NCBI GenBank assembly: GCA_045046875.1
Contig: JASFYY010000042.1
Coordinates: 1 to 43,451 of the forward strand
Reading direction: 5' to 3'
Length of the DNA stretch: 43,451 nt
From: Verrucomicrobiota bacterium
GTDB lineage: Bacteria; Verrucomicrobiota; Verrucomicrobiia; Verrucomicrobiales; DEV007
The notes under the pieces are model-generated. The model was not told the origin of the DNA, did not search any database, and was given only the letters and a program-made list of their open reading frames with translations. A program made the position numbers and the translations under genes. Every line of letters starts with the position of its first letter. Position 1 is the stretch's first letter. This document shows positions 1-9,930 of this stretch, piece by piece.

Positions 1-351
1 CTCTGGCCGCTTTTTGGTGTCACCAACCAGTTGCTCGGCGGCCTCGCTTTTCTGGTCATCACCTTCTGGATGTGGCGACGCAACCTACCTATCTGGTTCA
101 TCGCCCTGCCCACCGTATTCATGCTGATCCTGCCCGCCGTCGGACTCAGCCTGCAATTATTCAGCGCAAGCGGTTGGATCGCCAAAGAAAACTGGCTACT
201 GACCGGCATCGGTTTTGCCACCCTGGCACTCGAAATCTGGATGCTGATCGAAGCCTTCATCGCTTTCCCCAAAGCCAAAGGCGTGCTCGAACCCGAGTTG
301 CCACCGCTGCCAAGCAGCGGCATCAACAACGAGGGCGGCAGATCCTGTTAA
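1..351 (+). CDS. cstA: Carbon starvation protein A family transporter, 3' part (5'-truncated by window)
   Basis: Frame open from base 1: LWPLFGVTNQLLGGLA, the CstA 'WPLFG.NQLL' motif, followed by hydrophobic helices; TAA at 349-351. Confidence 0.85.
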   Translation, partial: LWPLFGVTNQLLGGLAFLVITFWMWRRNLPIWFIALPTVFMLILPAVGLSLQLFSASGWIAKENWLLTGIGFATLALEIWMLIEAFIAFPKAKGVLEPELPPLPSSGINNEGGRSC

Positions 352-359
352 AATAAACT

Positions 360-2024
360 TCACCCGCGCAGTGCTTCGTGCATCGTCTGTGACAACTCCT
401 CTACCGCGTAAGGTTTAGGTAGCACTCCAACATAACCCTGATTCAACAGTTGATTCTCCGCACCATCATCAAACCATCCGCTGGTCGCGATCACCCGCGC
501 ACTTCCGTCCATCCGGCGAATCTCATCCTTGACCTCTTCACCATCCAACCCGCCCGGCAAAGTCATATCCAACAACACCGCTGAAACCGGCTCCGCCGTA
601 CGCGCATGTTGACGATACAAATCAATCGCCTCTTGCCCGTCCGCTGCGGCAATCGTCCGATAACCTAACTTCTCAAGCAAGCGTTGCGCCGATTGCCTCA
701 CCGCATCCTGGTCATCCACCACCAACACACAGCCCTGACCGGAAATCACCTGCTCTTTGCGCCCCTCTTCCCTCCCGGCGGTTGACTCCACCCCCGAAGC
801 TCTCTCTTTTTCAGCACAACAAGCCGGCAAGTAAACCTTGAACTCCGTGCCCGCATTAAGGCTCGACTCCACCGTGATCGTTCCTCCGTGCCGCTGCACA
901 ATCGCCAGGCAAGTCGCCAAACCAATTCCCGTGCCAGTCTTTTTAGTCGTGAAATAAGGCTCAAAAATCTTCTCCAGGTTTTCCTCCGCAATGCCACAGC
1001 CTCGATCCCTAACCGTCGTCAAAACATAACGTCCCGCCGCCAACCCAGCCACACCCTCCTCGCCAAGCTCCACATTACCGATGTTCGCCTGCACCACCCC
1101 ACCGTCCGGCATCGCCTGACAGGCATTGATCATCAAATTACTCATCACCTGACGCAACTGACGCTCGTCCGCCTCCACCCCCCAAATCCCTTCCGGAATA
1201 TTCAATTCACTGCGAACCAATGATCCCATCATCACCAGCTTGACCACCTTTTGAAGCAATTTGCCCGGCCGCACCACTTTCACCAACGGCGTGCGCCCTT
1301 TGGTGAAATCCAAAATCTGCTGCGCCAAAGACTGCGCATTATCACAAGCTTCAAGCGAATCATCAATACGCTGACGAATCTCCGTGCCCTCCTGCGTTTC
1401 CAACCGGGTCAGCGAAAGATTCGACGTGATCGCCGTCAGCTCATTGTTAAAATCGTGCGCGATTCCCCCTGCCAACATCGCCAGCGACTCCACCCGGCTC
1501 TGCTCCAAACTTTCCTCCAGCACTTGCTCGGCATCATTCCTTCTGGCTTCCTCTTCGTCCGCCTCACTCGAAATTGGAAGCTCGGCAGCGATTGATTCGA
1601 GCGCCACGGACTCTACCGATACCACCGGCACCGGACGCAAAGTCAGCACAAAACTCAACGGTTGCCCCGAGTCATCACTCAAACCACAAACCGTCCAACG
1701 AAAAAGCTCCCTCTCCCCATCTTTCGCCACCACATCCTTCTCCATCTCAAAAGTCCGCCCCGCTTTCATCACCGCCTGCAAACGAGTCAGCAAATGAGCC
1801 AAATTATCCGGATCATAAACCACCCCCAGCAACTGCCCGGTCAATTCTGCCGGATGATAACCCGTCAGCATACCCGCCGCCCGGTTGGCATATATAATCC
1901 GTGGCCCCAGCACATTGCCGGAAAACCCCGCATCAACGATCAGCACCCCCTCGCCAATCTGCTTCATAGCCTGGCGGAGATGATGATTAATTGATCTGAT
2001 CTGCTCAAGCTCTTCCGCCTCCAT
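360..2024 (-). CDS. Cytoplasmic PAS-domain hybrid sensor histidine kinase / response regulator
   Basis: PAS (IIYANRAA..LTGY), H-box AGGIAHDFNN, N-box NLMINACQAM, G-boxes DRGCGI/FTTK/GTGIGL, receiver VLVVDD..LLDMTLP..PKPY. ATG at 2024. Confidence 0.92.
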   Translation of the reverse strand: MEAEELEQIRSINHHLRQAMKQIGEGVLIVDAGFSGNVLGPRIIYANRAAGMLTGYHPAELTGQLLGVVYDPDNLAHLLTRLQAVMKAGRTFEMEKDVVAKDGERELFRWTVCGLSDDSGQPLSFVLTLRPVPVVSVESVALESIAAELPISSEADEEEARRNDAEQVLEESLEQSRVESLAMLAGGIAHDFNNELTAITSNLSLTRLETQEGTEIRQRIDDSLEACDNAQSLAQQILDFTKGRTPLVKVVRPGKLLQKVVKLVMMGSLVRSELNIPEGIWGVEADERQLRQVMSNLMINACQAMPDGGVVQANIGNVELGEEGVAGLAAGRYVLTTVRDRGCGIAEENLEKIFEPYFTTKKTGTGIGLATCLAIVQRHGGTITVESSLNAGTEFKVYLPACCAEKERASGVESTAGREEGRKEQVISGQGCVLVVDDQDAVRQSAQRLLEKLGYRTIAAADGQEAIDLYRQHARTAEPVSAVLLDMTLPGGLDGEEVKDEIRRMDGSARVIATSGWFDDGAENQLLNQGYVGVLPKPYAVEELSQTMHEALRG

Positions 2025-2146
2025 CAACGCCTATCCTTGTGAATTCACCAAAAGTTTAGTGATAGCCTAAAAATTTTGTTAAGGGAAGTTAATAATCATA
2101 AATTTTGCCCCTGGTAGCCCCATCGTGACATCCTCAGAAAAAATAC

Positions 2147-3259
2147 TCACTGCTGTGGCAACAACAGGCCGCGCGCCAGCTCTCCTTTTTCCAGATCCGC
2201 GTAAGCCTCGTTGATCTGGCTCAACGGATAAGTCTTGGTCAGCAATTTTTCCAAATCCAGCTTCCCCTCCCGCTCCAATTCGATCAAACGTAACAAATCA
2301 ATCCGCGGACGGGTCGATCCGTAAATCGAACCTTTCAGGGTTTTTTCCGCATAAACCAATTGATTCACATTGATCTGAGCCCGCGCTTCAGGAGAAGCGA
2401 TTCCCAGAATCACACAAATCCCGCCCTTGCGGGTCGAATCGTAAGCCTGCTCGATCGGCTTGGGCAAGCCGATCGCCTCAAACGCATAATCCACCCCCAG
2501 CCCGCCAGTGAGGTCCTTGATCGCCTCAACAGGATCACCTTCCAAAGCATTCACCAGCTCCGTCGCCCCCATATCTTCAGCATAGGCTAACTTAGATGGT
2601 AGTGTATCAATAGCGATCACCTTGGACGCTCCCACCATCTTCGCCGCTTTCACCACATTAAGCCCAATGCCGCCGCATCCGAATACCGCCACACTGCTGC
2701 CCACTTTCACTTCAGCCGCATTAAAAACCGCACCCATACCCGTGATCACCCCGCAACCAATCAAGGCCGCTTTTTTCAAACAGAAATCCTTGGGGATCTT
2801 CACCACCGCGCCTTCCGGCATCGTCGAACATTCGGAAAAAGTCGACACCCCGGCGTAGTGCAAAATAGACTGCCCTTTTGAATTGCGGAAGCGTGTCTGT
2901 CCGTCCGGCATCAAGCCGGTAAAACGCATCGCCGTGCCCACATCACACAAGGCCGGACGACCACCCAAACAATATTCACAACGCCCGCATGACATACGCC
3001 AAATAGGAATCACATGATCCCCCGGCTTCACCGTCGTCACCCCCTCACCAACGTCTTCAATCACACCACTGCCTTCGTGGCCAAGGATAATCGGCATCTT
3101 CATCGGCTGATCGCCCTTCATCACATGCAGATCGCTGTGGCACACCCCGGCCGCTTCGATGCGCACCCGCACCTCTCCCCGCTGGGGCGGCAAAACTTCC
3201 ACCTGCTCCAATTGCAAGGGGTCTCCAGGGTTATACAAAACGGCAGCAGTTACTTTCAT
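2147..3259 (-). CDS. Zn-dependent alcohol dehydrogenase (MDR, class III-like)
   Basis: GVCHSD, GHEGSG, structural Zn CGRCEYC..C, NAD-binding GCGGIG. Confidence 0.93.
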   Translation of the reverse strand: MKVTAAVLYNPGDPLQLEQVEVLPPQRGEVRVRIEAAGVCHSDLHVMKGDQPMKMPIILGHEGSGVIEDVGEGVTTVKPGDHVIPIWRMSCGRCEYCLGGRPALCDVGTAMRFTGLMPDGQTRFRNSKGQSILHYAGVSTFSECSTMPEGAVVKIPKDFCLKKAALIGCGVITGMGAVFNAAEVKVGSSVAVFGCGGIGLNVVKAAKMVGASKVIAIDTLPSKLAYAEDMGATELVNALEGDPVEAIKDLTGGLGVDYAFEAIGLPKPIEQAYDSTRKGGICVILGIASPEARAQINVNQLVYAEKTLKGSIYGSTRPRIDLLRLIELEREGKLDLEKLLTKTYPLSQINEAYADLEKGELARGLLLPQQ

Positions 3260-3349
3260 AATATAAAGGTTAACATTTATTCTAAATAATCAAGTCGTAT
3301 GAAGTTACACGATTATCTGAAAAAAAATCAATATTCTTTATCCATCCAA

Positions 3350-3374
3350 TGAATAAATCTCCAAGCCTCCCGTC
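3350..3374 (+). promoter_or_regulatory. Possible ECF-sigma promoter for the His/Gly-rich protein
   Basis: TGAATA-N15-CGTC about 30 nt upstream of ATG 3405; loose match to the ECF pattern. Confidence 0.3.
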
Positions 3375-3404
3375 GAACTCCATGAACCTATTAATCCAAT
3401 TAAA

Positions 3405-3779
3405 ATGAGAACAAAAACACTAACAATTATAATGACAATTCTGGTGGCCACTTTCATCTTCGCCGCTCTCCCCCAAACTGCCCAAGCCGGACATTCCGTC
3501 CACCGACGCATCCATCACACCTGCACCACTTGCCACAGTCCGGTTTATTCCTATCGCAGCATTTCCCACTACAACTCCCATGGGCATCCCTTTTACCGCT
3601 GGAGCATCCGTTCACATTCGCACCACTCGTCAGGACATGGTTACGGAGGAGGTTACGGTCATGGGAGCGGTCATGGATACAGTCACGGTTATCGCCATGG
3701 CTACGGTCATAGTTATGGCCACGGATACAGCCGCCACCGTCCCCGAGTCGGATTCAGCTTCTCCTTTGGCCATCATTAA
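3405..3779 (+). CDS. Small secreted His/Gly/Tyr-rich protein with a CxxCH motif
   Basis: Signal peptide ending AQA, then CTTCH, repeated G-Y-x-H tetrads and C-terminal GFSFSFGHH. Confidence 0.8.
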   Translation: MRTKTLTIIMTILVATFIFAALPQTAQAGHSVHRRIHHTCTTCHSPVYSYRSISHYNSHGHPFYRWSIRSHSHHSSGHGYGGGYGHGSGHGYSHGYRHGYGHSYGHGYSRHRPRVGFSFSFGHH

Positions 3780-3813
3780 AACTTGAAAAACACTCCCAAC
3801 TCAGAACCACTGG

Positions 3814-3841
3814 ACAGTCGCTTCCTCAACGGAGCGGCTGT
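3814..3841. terminator. Hairpin between convergent genes, probable terminator
   Basis: acagtcgcttcc-tcaac-ggagcggctgt imperfect stem-loop. Confidence 0.5.
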
Positions 3842-4792
3842 TCATTTTACCGCTTCATTCGCGTATTCATCCTGCAGGCGGGAAATATCCTCCGCCTTCA
3901 GTTGGTCATCATGGATCACCAGACGATACCTCAAAATCACCTCTTCCCCTTTTGGCAATAAAACCGGCTTATTCCCCGGCCAACGGGGATTCTGCTGAGC
4001 CCCCATCCTCAATAGCCACTTCTGTGGAAAAATGGGCAACGAAGGATGACACAAAATTGTCAAACCACTCTTGCCTTCGCTCGTCAGACTGCCCGACATA
4101 TCCATCCACTCTCCACCCTCGACCGCCAACCGCTGTGGTTTCACCACACCTATATCACCGGTGAACACCATGTCCTTGGGACGATGCATGCGAACTGAAA
4201 AACCCCCGTAACCTTTTTCATCCAACGAACCCGCCATCCTTACCTCGTCCAGTAACGCCTTCAAACGGATTTCGAAATCCACTAAGCGGTAATGATCCCG
4301 CCGTGTCCCCACACGAACCGTCGTGATCTCCTCCACCATCGCTTTCATCTCCCCTTTTGCATCCACCACTTTTGGTGATTTCCACAACCAGCGGGTTTCC
4401 ACCCCTCCCACATTGGCTTTGCCCTTCACCACTTTGGCCTCTTGCAGGTCCCATTCAAAATCGTCACACACCCAATTATCCCCTGCGTATTCACCACCCA
4501 CCGTCAAAGTATGCCAAGCCCAAAACACCCCACGATGGTGCAAGTGATCCTTGGGAAAGTCTTCTGTCAAAACCTCTCCACCCAGCGAATACAGCGGGTG
4601 CACATAATTCGCCCGCTTGAATTTTTCCTCCTGCGATTTTGCTTTGATCTGATAAAATAAAACCGGCCGACCTTCTTCACTGATCGCAAAACCCTCTTCA
4701 TTCTGTTTTACCGTCACCCCTCCATCGGCCGCGCCCCTTTGCGTCGCAACTAATGACAAACACAGCATCCATATCCATTGGGAAATTTTCAT
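3842..4792 (-). CDS. Secreted DUF6807 ('PmoA-like') family protein
   Basis: Signal peptide from MKISQW (ATG 4792); YVHPLYS..TEDFPKDHLHHRGVFWAW and GYGGFSVR motifs. The longer ORF-track start overlaps the nitrilase gene. Confidence 0.8.
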   Translation of the reverse strand: MKISQWIWMLCLSLVATQRGAADGGVTVKQNEEGFAISEEGRPVLFYQIKAKSQEEKFKRANYVHPLYSLGGEVLTEDFPKDHLHHRGVFWAWHTLTVGGEYAGDNWVCDDFEWDLQEAKVVKGKANVGGVETRWLWKSPKVVDAKGEMKAMVEEITTVRVGTRRDHYRLVDFEIRLKALLDEVRMAGSLDEKGYGGFSVRMHRPKDMVFTGDIGVVKPQRLAVEGGEWMDMSGSLTSEGKSGLTILCHPSLPIFPQKWLLRMGAQQNPRWPGNKPVLLPKGEEVILRYRLVIHDDQLKAEDISRLQDEYANEAVK

Positions 4793-4879
4793 GCGGAAAA
4801 ATAGCCTCTGCTTTTTAGATTGCCAGCAATGATTAAGCCTGCAAACATCCAAACTCCCTGACCACTTGCAACTTTTCCG

Positions 4880-5764
4880 ATGAAAGCTCCCGCTACCCCC
4901 GCTTCCAAACTCCGCGTCGCTGCCGTGCAGATGCGTTTCACCACTCAGCTCGACAGAAACATCGAAAAAATCGCGCTGGCAAGCGCTCAAGCCAAACGAC
5001 GTCGCGCCGACGTCGTGCTTTTCCCCGAATGCACCACCACCGCTTACAACACTGACTTTTCAGCCCTGAAACCCGCCCCTCTCCGACAAGCCCTGCAAAC
5101 CATCAGCGACATCGCCTGCCAGCATCAAATCAACTTACTCGTCGGCAGCCCACTATTCCATCGCCGCAAACTCTACAATGCCCTGATCGCCTTTGACCGC
5201 ACCGGCAAGCCGGTGCACGCCTACGCCAAAAACCAACTCACCCCCGCCGACACCGCTCACTTCAGTCCGGGCAATGCCTTGGCTCACTTCCAACTCGACG
5301 GTATAAAGGTCACCGCCATCATCTGCCACGAACGCCGTTACCCCGAGCTCATCCGCATCCCCGTCATGGCCGGAGCTCAAATCATTTTCCACCCTAACGC
5401 CGGCCTCGATTCCCGATCGGTCAGTCGAAAAAAACATAACGGTAAAGACGGCATCGCCACGCGCGCCTTCGAAAACGCCGCCCACTATCTATTTGCCAAT
5501 TCTGTCGGTCACCAGGGGGATCAACTATGGTCGGCAGGAGACTCCAAAATCGTTGCCGCCAATGGAAAAACACTGGCACAAGCCGGCAACTCGAACGAAG
5601 AGATCATCTACGCCACTCTCGATCTGAATCAAGCCACTAGAAAATACGCTCTCGACAGCCTGCAACACCCCGAATTTCTCCGCTCACACTGGAAGGCCAT
5701 CATCCGTGAAAGCAAACAACAGGCGCAAAAGGTAAGTGCCAAACTGCTCAGCGAACTATTTTAA
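4880..5764 (+). CDS. Carbon-nitrogen hydrolase (nitrilase/amidase superfamily)
   Basis: Glu-Lys-Cys triad motifs VLFPE, YAK, ICHERRYPE; RAFEN and SAGDS. Confidence 0.9.
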   Translation: MKAPATPASKLRVAAVQMRFTTQLDRNIEKIALASAQAKRRRADVVLFPECTTTAYNTDFSALKPAPLRQALQTISDIACQHQINLLVGSPLFHRRKLYNALIAFDRTGKPVHAYAKNQLTPADTAHFSPGNALAHFQLDGIKVTAIICHERRYPELIRIPVMAGAQIIFHPNAGLDSRSVSRKKHNGKDGIATRAFENAAHYLFANSVGHQGDQLWSAGDSKIVAANGKTLAQAGNSNEEIIYATLDLNQATRKYALDSLQHPEFLRSHWKAIIRESKQQAQKVSAKLLSELF

Positions 5765-5776
5765 ACTCCCTTCCCT

Positions 5777-7351
5777 ATGAACACGCCAAGCGACACCGCA
5801 GAAAAAAAAACCAAGCCCTGCAGCCCTATCAGCCGCCTTGGTTTCTGGCTCGGCATCGCCGCTTTTTCCGCCATCCTTTTTTTCACCGATTTTGACCCGG
5901 GAAATCCCGCCGTCTCCCGCATGGCCGCGGTCGGCGTATTAATGGCCATCTGGTGGATGACCGAAGCCATCCCGCTCGCCGCCACCGCACTGGTCCCGCT
6001 CGCCGCCTTCCCGCTGCTTGGCATCATGAAAAGCAAAGACGCCGCTTCTTCCTACATCAGCAGCACCATCTTCCTCTTCATCGGCGGTTTCATGATCGCC
6101 CTGGCGATGGAAAAATGGAACCTACACAAACGCATCGCCCTGAGCATCATCCGCGCCATCGGCGGTGGCCCCAATCGACTGGTGCTCAGCTTCATGCTGG
6201 CAACCGCCTTCCTATCAATGTGGATCTCCAATACCGCCACTTCCATCATGATGCTGGCCATCGGACTCGCCATCATCTCCCAAACCGAAACCACCTTCGG
6301 CAAAGAACGCTGCCGCAACCTCGCCGTGGCGCTGTTGCTCGGCATCGCCTACAGCGCCAGCATCGGCGGCATGGCCACCCTCGTTGGCACCCCGACCAAC
6401 CTGGCTTTTGTCAGCGTCTTTGCCAGCGAGTTCCCCAATGCCGAAGCGATCTCCTTCGGTCAATGGATGTTACTGGGATTGCCTCTCTGCCTAGTGATGC
6501 TGTTTTTTTCCTGGATCACCCTCACCCGTTTCCTTTTCCCCTCACCTCCCGAACTCAGCCTATCTCCCGACGTCATTCGTGACGAAGTGCGCTCACTGGG
6601 GCGTATCAGCTTCGCCGAAAGCGCGGTATTGATCGCTTTCACCCTCACCGCCCTGCTGTGGGTTTTCCGTAAAGATATTTCCATCGGTGAGAGCTTCCAA
6701 ATAAAAGGGTGGTCCAATCTGGTTCCCTCCGTCGCCCCCTTCATCGATGACAGCACCGTCGTGCTCGTCATGGCGCTCGGCCTGTTCCTCATCCCTTCCC
6801 GCAGCAAGCAAGCCGATGCTTGCCCGCGCATTCTCGACGCCAGCGTTTTTTCCAAACTCCCCTGGGGCATCATCCTGCTGTTAGGCGGAGGTTTCGCCCT
6901 CGCTGCCGGTTTCCAGGCCGCCGGACTCTCTACCTTCATTGGTCAGAAAGTCGAAGCTTATGCCGGATCCATCCCTCCCCTCGGATTGATCGCCACCATT
7001 TGCGCCACCCTCACCTTCCTCACCGAACTCACCTCTAACGTCGCCACCACCCAAACCCTGCTGCCCATCCTCGCCGCCATCGGAGTCGCCATCAAAACCA
7101 ACCCGCTGCTACTGATGATCCCCGCCACCCTGTCCGCCTCCTGCGCTTTCATGATGCCGGTCGCCACCCCGCCCAACGCCATCGTATTTGGCTCCGGCCG
7201 CATCCGCATCATCGACATGGTCAAAGCCGGCATCATTCTCAATCTCATCGGCGTCGTCGTGATCACCATCCTGTTCTACACCCTCGGCACTTCGGTTTTC
7301 CAAATTGATCCCCAAGTGACCCCGGAATGGGCCAGCAAAGTGACAGAGTGA
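5777..7351 (+). CDS. SLC13/DASS family Na+:dicarboxylate or sulfate symporter
   Basis: SMWISNTAT, GTPTN, TSNVAT, PVATPPNAIVFGSG; many TM helices. Confidence 0.93.
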   Translation: MNTPSDTAEKKTKPCSPISRLGFWLGIAAFSAILFFTDFDPGNPAVSRMAAVGVLMAIWWMTEAIPLAATALVPLAAFPLLGIMKSKDAASSYISSTIFLFIGGFMIALAMEKWNLHKRIALSIIRAIGGGPNRLVLSFMLATAFLSMWISNTATSIMMLAIGLAIISQTETTFGKERCRNLAVALLLGIAYSASIGGMATLVGTPTNLAFVSVFASEFPNAEAISFGQWMLLGLPLCLVMLFFSWITLTRFLFPSPPELSLSPDVIRDEVRSLGRISFAESAVLIAFTLTALLWVFRKDISIGESFQIKGWSNLVPSVAPFIDDSTVVLVMALGLFLIPSRSKQADACPRILDASVFSKLPWGIILLLGGGFALAAGFQAAGLSTFIGQKVEAYAGSIPPLGLIATICATLTFLTELTSNVATTQTLLPILAAIGVAIKTNPLLLMIPATLSASCAFMMPVATPPNAIVFGSGRIRIIDMVKAGIILNLIGVVVITILFYTLGTSVFQIDPQVTPEWASKVTE

Positions 7352-7400
7352 TACTTAAAATTTCATTTTGCCGCCGCCTTTCCAGCTTAATTTAAAAACC

Positions 7401-8696
7401 ATGCCTCACACCGCCACCACCATCACCCGCCGCAATGCGCTAGCTCAAATCGGCCTCGCCGCCTTGACCACCAGCTCATTACACGCCGCCTCCGACCAGC
7501 CCAAACACATCCTGCTGCGCTCTTCCTGGCAAACCGTGAACATCGGCGATATCGCCCACACCCCCGGAGTCCTGCACCTGCTCGAAGAACACCTGCCTGA
7601 AGTCAAAGTCACCCTGTGGCCGAGCCACGTGAACAACGGCGTCGAAGAAATGTTACGCGCTCGTTTTCCCAAACTGGAAATCGCCAAAGATACCCCCGCC
7701 CTGCAGCGTGCCTTCAAGCAATGCGACTTCCTGCTGCACGGCTCCGGCCCCTCGCTGGTCGCCGAACGCGACGTGATCAAGTGGAGCGAACGCACCAACA
7801 ACAAACCCTACGGTGTTTTTGGCATCACGGTATCGCCCAAAGGATCTGCGAGCACCAAAAACACCGGCGAAACCAAACTAGCTAAAACCATTAAGGTTCT
7901 CAGTCAGGCTCAATTTGTTTATTTTCGTGATTCCCACTCACTGCAATTTGCCAAACAACAAGGCTGCACCAGCCCGGTGATGGCTTTTGGCCCCGACGGT
8001 GCTTTTGCCTGTGACCTACGCGACGACGATAAAGCCGAGGCTTTCCTCAAAAACAACCACCTGGAAAAAGGCAAGTTCCTCTGCTGCATCCCACGCCTAC
8101 GCTACACCCCTTATTGGACGATCCCCTCAAAAAAACGCCCCATCGATCCGGTCAAACATCAGCGCAACGAAGCAATGAAAGAGCATGACCATGCCCAACT
8201 GCGCCAGGCCATCATCGAAATAACCCGCCAGACCCAGATGAAAGTCCTGATCTGTCCCGAAGATCAAACCCAGATGAAAATCGGCAGGGAAATGCTCTAC
8301 GATCAACTGCCCGAGGATGTGAAAAACAAAACCGTCTGGCGCCCCGACTACTGGCTGACCGGCGAGGCCATCAGCGTTTACACCAGCAGCATCGGCCTGT
8401 TTGGCAACGAGATGCACTCACCCATCATGTGCATCGGACACGACATTCCCGCCATCGTCTGCCGTTGGGTCGAGCAGACCAGCAAAGGTTACATGTGGCA
8501 GGACATCAGCCTGGAACAATGGCTTTTTGACATGGACGACGAGAGCCAAGTCAAACAAATCGTGCCCGCCGTGCTCGCCATCGCCCAAAACCCCGCCGCC
8601 GCGAAAAAAATTGCTGCCAAAGCAAACCGCTACGTGTGGCAACGCCAAAAACAAGCCATGATGCAGTTAAAAAAATCCCTTAACGCCATCAAATAA
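7401..8696 (+). CDS. Polysaccharide pyruvyl transferase family protein, Tat-type signal
   Basis: TRRNAL twin-arginine; NIGD, YFRDSHS, PDGAF, EMHSPI motifs. Confidence 0.78.
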   Translation: MPHTATTITRRNALAQIGLAALTTSSLHAASDQPKHILLRSSWQTVNIGDIAHTPGVLHLLEEHLPEVKVTLWPSHVNNGVEEMLRARFPKLEIAKDTPALQRAFKQCDFLLHGSGPSLVAERDVIKWSERTNNKPYGVFGITVSPKGSASTKNTGETKLAKTIKVLSQAQFVYFRDSHSLQFAKQQGCTSPVMAFGPDGAFACDLRDDDKAEAFLKNNHLEKGKFLCCIPRLRYTPYWTIPSKKRPIDPVKHQRNEAMKEHDHAQLRQAIIEITRQTQMKVLICPEDQTQMKIGREMLYDQLPEDVKNKTVWRPDYWLTGEAISVYTSSIGLFGNEMHSPIMCIGHDIPAIVCRWVEQTSKGYMWQDISLEQWLFDMDDESQVKQIVPAVLAIAQNPAAAKKIAAKANRYVWQRQKQAMMQLKKSLNAIK

Positions 8697-8797
8697 AGCC
8701 AACTCCAGCTGACATTTACCTCTCCACGACCTGATCCAGAACTAGAAATCTGCTCTAATCACCCGTTCGCCATAGAGAATAAAGAACATATAAAAGG

Positions 8798-8826
8798 TTG
8801 ACCATTGGGTAAAAAGCCGATAAAAC
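8798..8826 (+). promoter_or_regulatory. Sigma70-type promoter of the RRM gene
   Basis: TTGACC-N17-TAAAAC. Confidence 0.55.
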
Positions 8827-8938
8827 CACAGTTCGGCGCATTTGGATACTCCATTAAGCGTCGAAACACTATCGGCATATTTTGTGTGGCTGGGTATTTG
8901 GTAGTGTGATTTAAACAACGCACAAATTAGGAAAGTAT

Positions 8939-9238
8939 ATGAATATCTACGTAGGAAATCTGTCTTATGACATGAACGAGAATGACCTTGAACAGCTTTT
9001 TGCTGAACATGGCCCAGTGGTGAAAGTTAACATCATCCAAGACAGAGAAACAGGCAGATCCAAAGGCTTCGGCTTTGTGGAAATGACCAATCAAGCTGAC
9101 GGCGAAAAAGCCATCGAAACTCTGGACGGCAACGATAGCTTGGGACGCAACCTTAAAGTCAACGAAGCGCGCCCAAGGGAAGAACGTCCCCGCGGTGGCG
9201 GTGGCGGTGGCGGCGGTGGCGGTGGCGGCAATTGGTAG
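8939..9238 (+). CDS. RRM (RNP-1) RNA-binding protein with poly-Gly tail
   Basis: RNP2 IYVGNL, RNP1 KGFGFVEM, LKVNEARPR, and a GGT/GGC run. Confidence 0.95.
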   Translation: MNIYVGNLSYDMNENDLEQLFAEHGPVVKVNIIQDRETGRSKGFGFVEMTNQADGEKAIETLDGNDSLGRNLKVNEARPREERPRGGGGGGGGGGGGNW

Positions 9239-9285
9239 CCCCATCTTTGGTAGGTCGTCACGACTCACCAAAAAATCAAATCAAC

Positions 9286-9317
9286 AAAGGACAAACCGGC
9301 AACGGTTTGTCCTTTTT
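9286..9317 (+). terminator. Rho-independent terminator
   Basis: aaaggacaaaccg-GCAA-cggtttgtccttt, perfect 13-bp stem with GNRA loop, ending in a T run. Confidence 0.85.
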
Positions 9318-9341
9318 AGTGCAATCGTAACTAATTGTGAC

Positions 9342-9879
9342 ATGCATATCTGTTTACACACAATCCTTACTATTTTTGCAGCCCTTTTCCTGACTAATTG
9401 CATTACAGTTGATGAACCCCTCCCTTCCGCGTCCCCCAGTTCTTTTTTGATAGGTTACGATCTCGGCGCGTGAAGACGGGCAAAACGGGCTTTCACGCGA
9501 TCCTGACAGACATGCAGTATACTCCGAAGCCGATCGCGTCGAATATTTCCGCGGATACGAAGTCGGCTACAATAGGGAAATCAAAAAACAAATCTCAGAT
9601 CCCTCCTACGGTCAACCTCTAGTGGCACGCTCAAGCGCCGGCAAAGTCACGATTTCCGAAGAAAAACAAAAGTTGTTCACTTGCGTCACAGCCCGTCCGA
9701 ATATCGAGCAGATCAAATTCATAACCGAACAACAGCAAATCGTCGTAAAATCACGCGGTAATCATGGACCAGCAACGGTTCAACTTTTCGACACGCGCCA
9801 TGGGAAGGAAAAAGCCCGCATAGAAGCTTACAAAATCCACGACGGCAAGCCTGGCTGGGCAACTGGAATGGAAGATTGA
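9342..9879 (+). pseudogene. Putative lipoprotein interrupted by a +1 frameshift (or sequencing error)
   Basis: ATG 9342 with lipobox-like LTNC reads to GYDLG(A)*. The +1 frame is open from 9454 and reads REDGQNG...YFRGYEVGYNRE into the 9622-9879 ORF. Confidence 0.7.
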
Positions 9880-9930
9880 TTCGGCGATCCCATAGTCTCG
9901 GGAAATGGACTTATCCCCTTTCTCAAAACT

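Noticed and set aside
330..351. Selenocysteine extension of CstA (ends GGRSC)
   Set aside because: The stop is TAA, not TGA.
3842..4990. Methane monooxygenase PmoA, and the 382-aa ORF start
   Set aside because: It is a soluble secreted DUF6807-like protein with no pmoCAB context; the long start overlaps the nitrilase gene.
9193..9229. GGT/GGC repeat as a phase-variation tract
   Set aside because: In-frame triplets encoding the ordinary Gly tail of an RRM protein.
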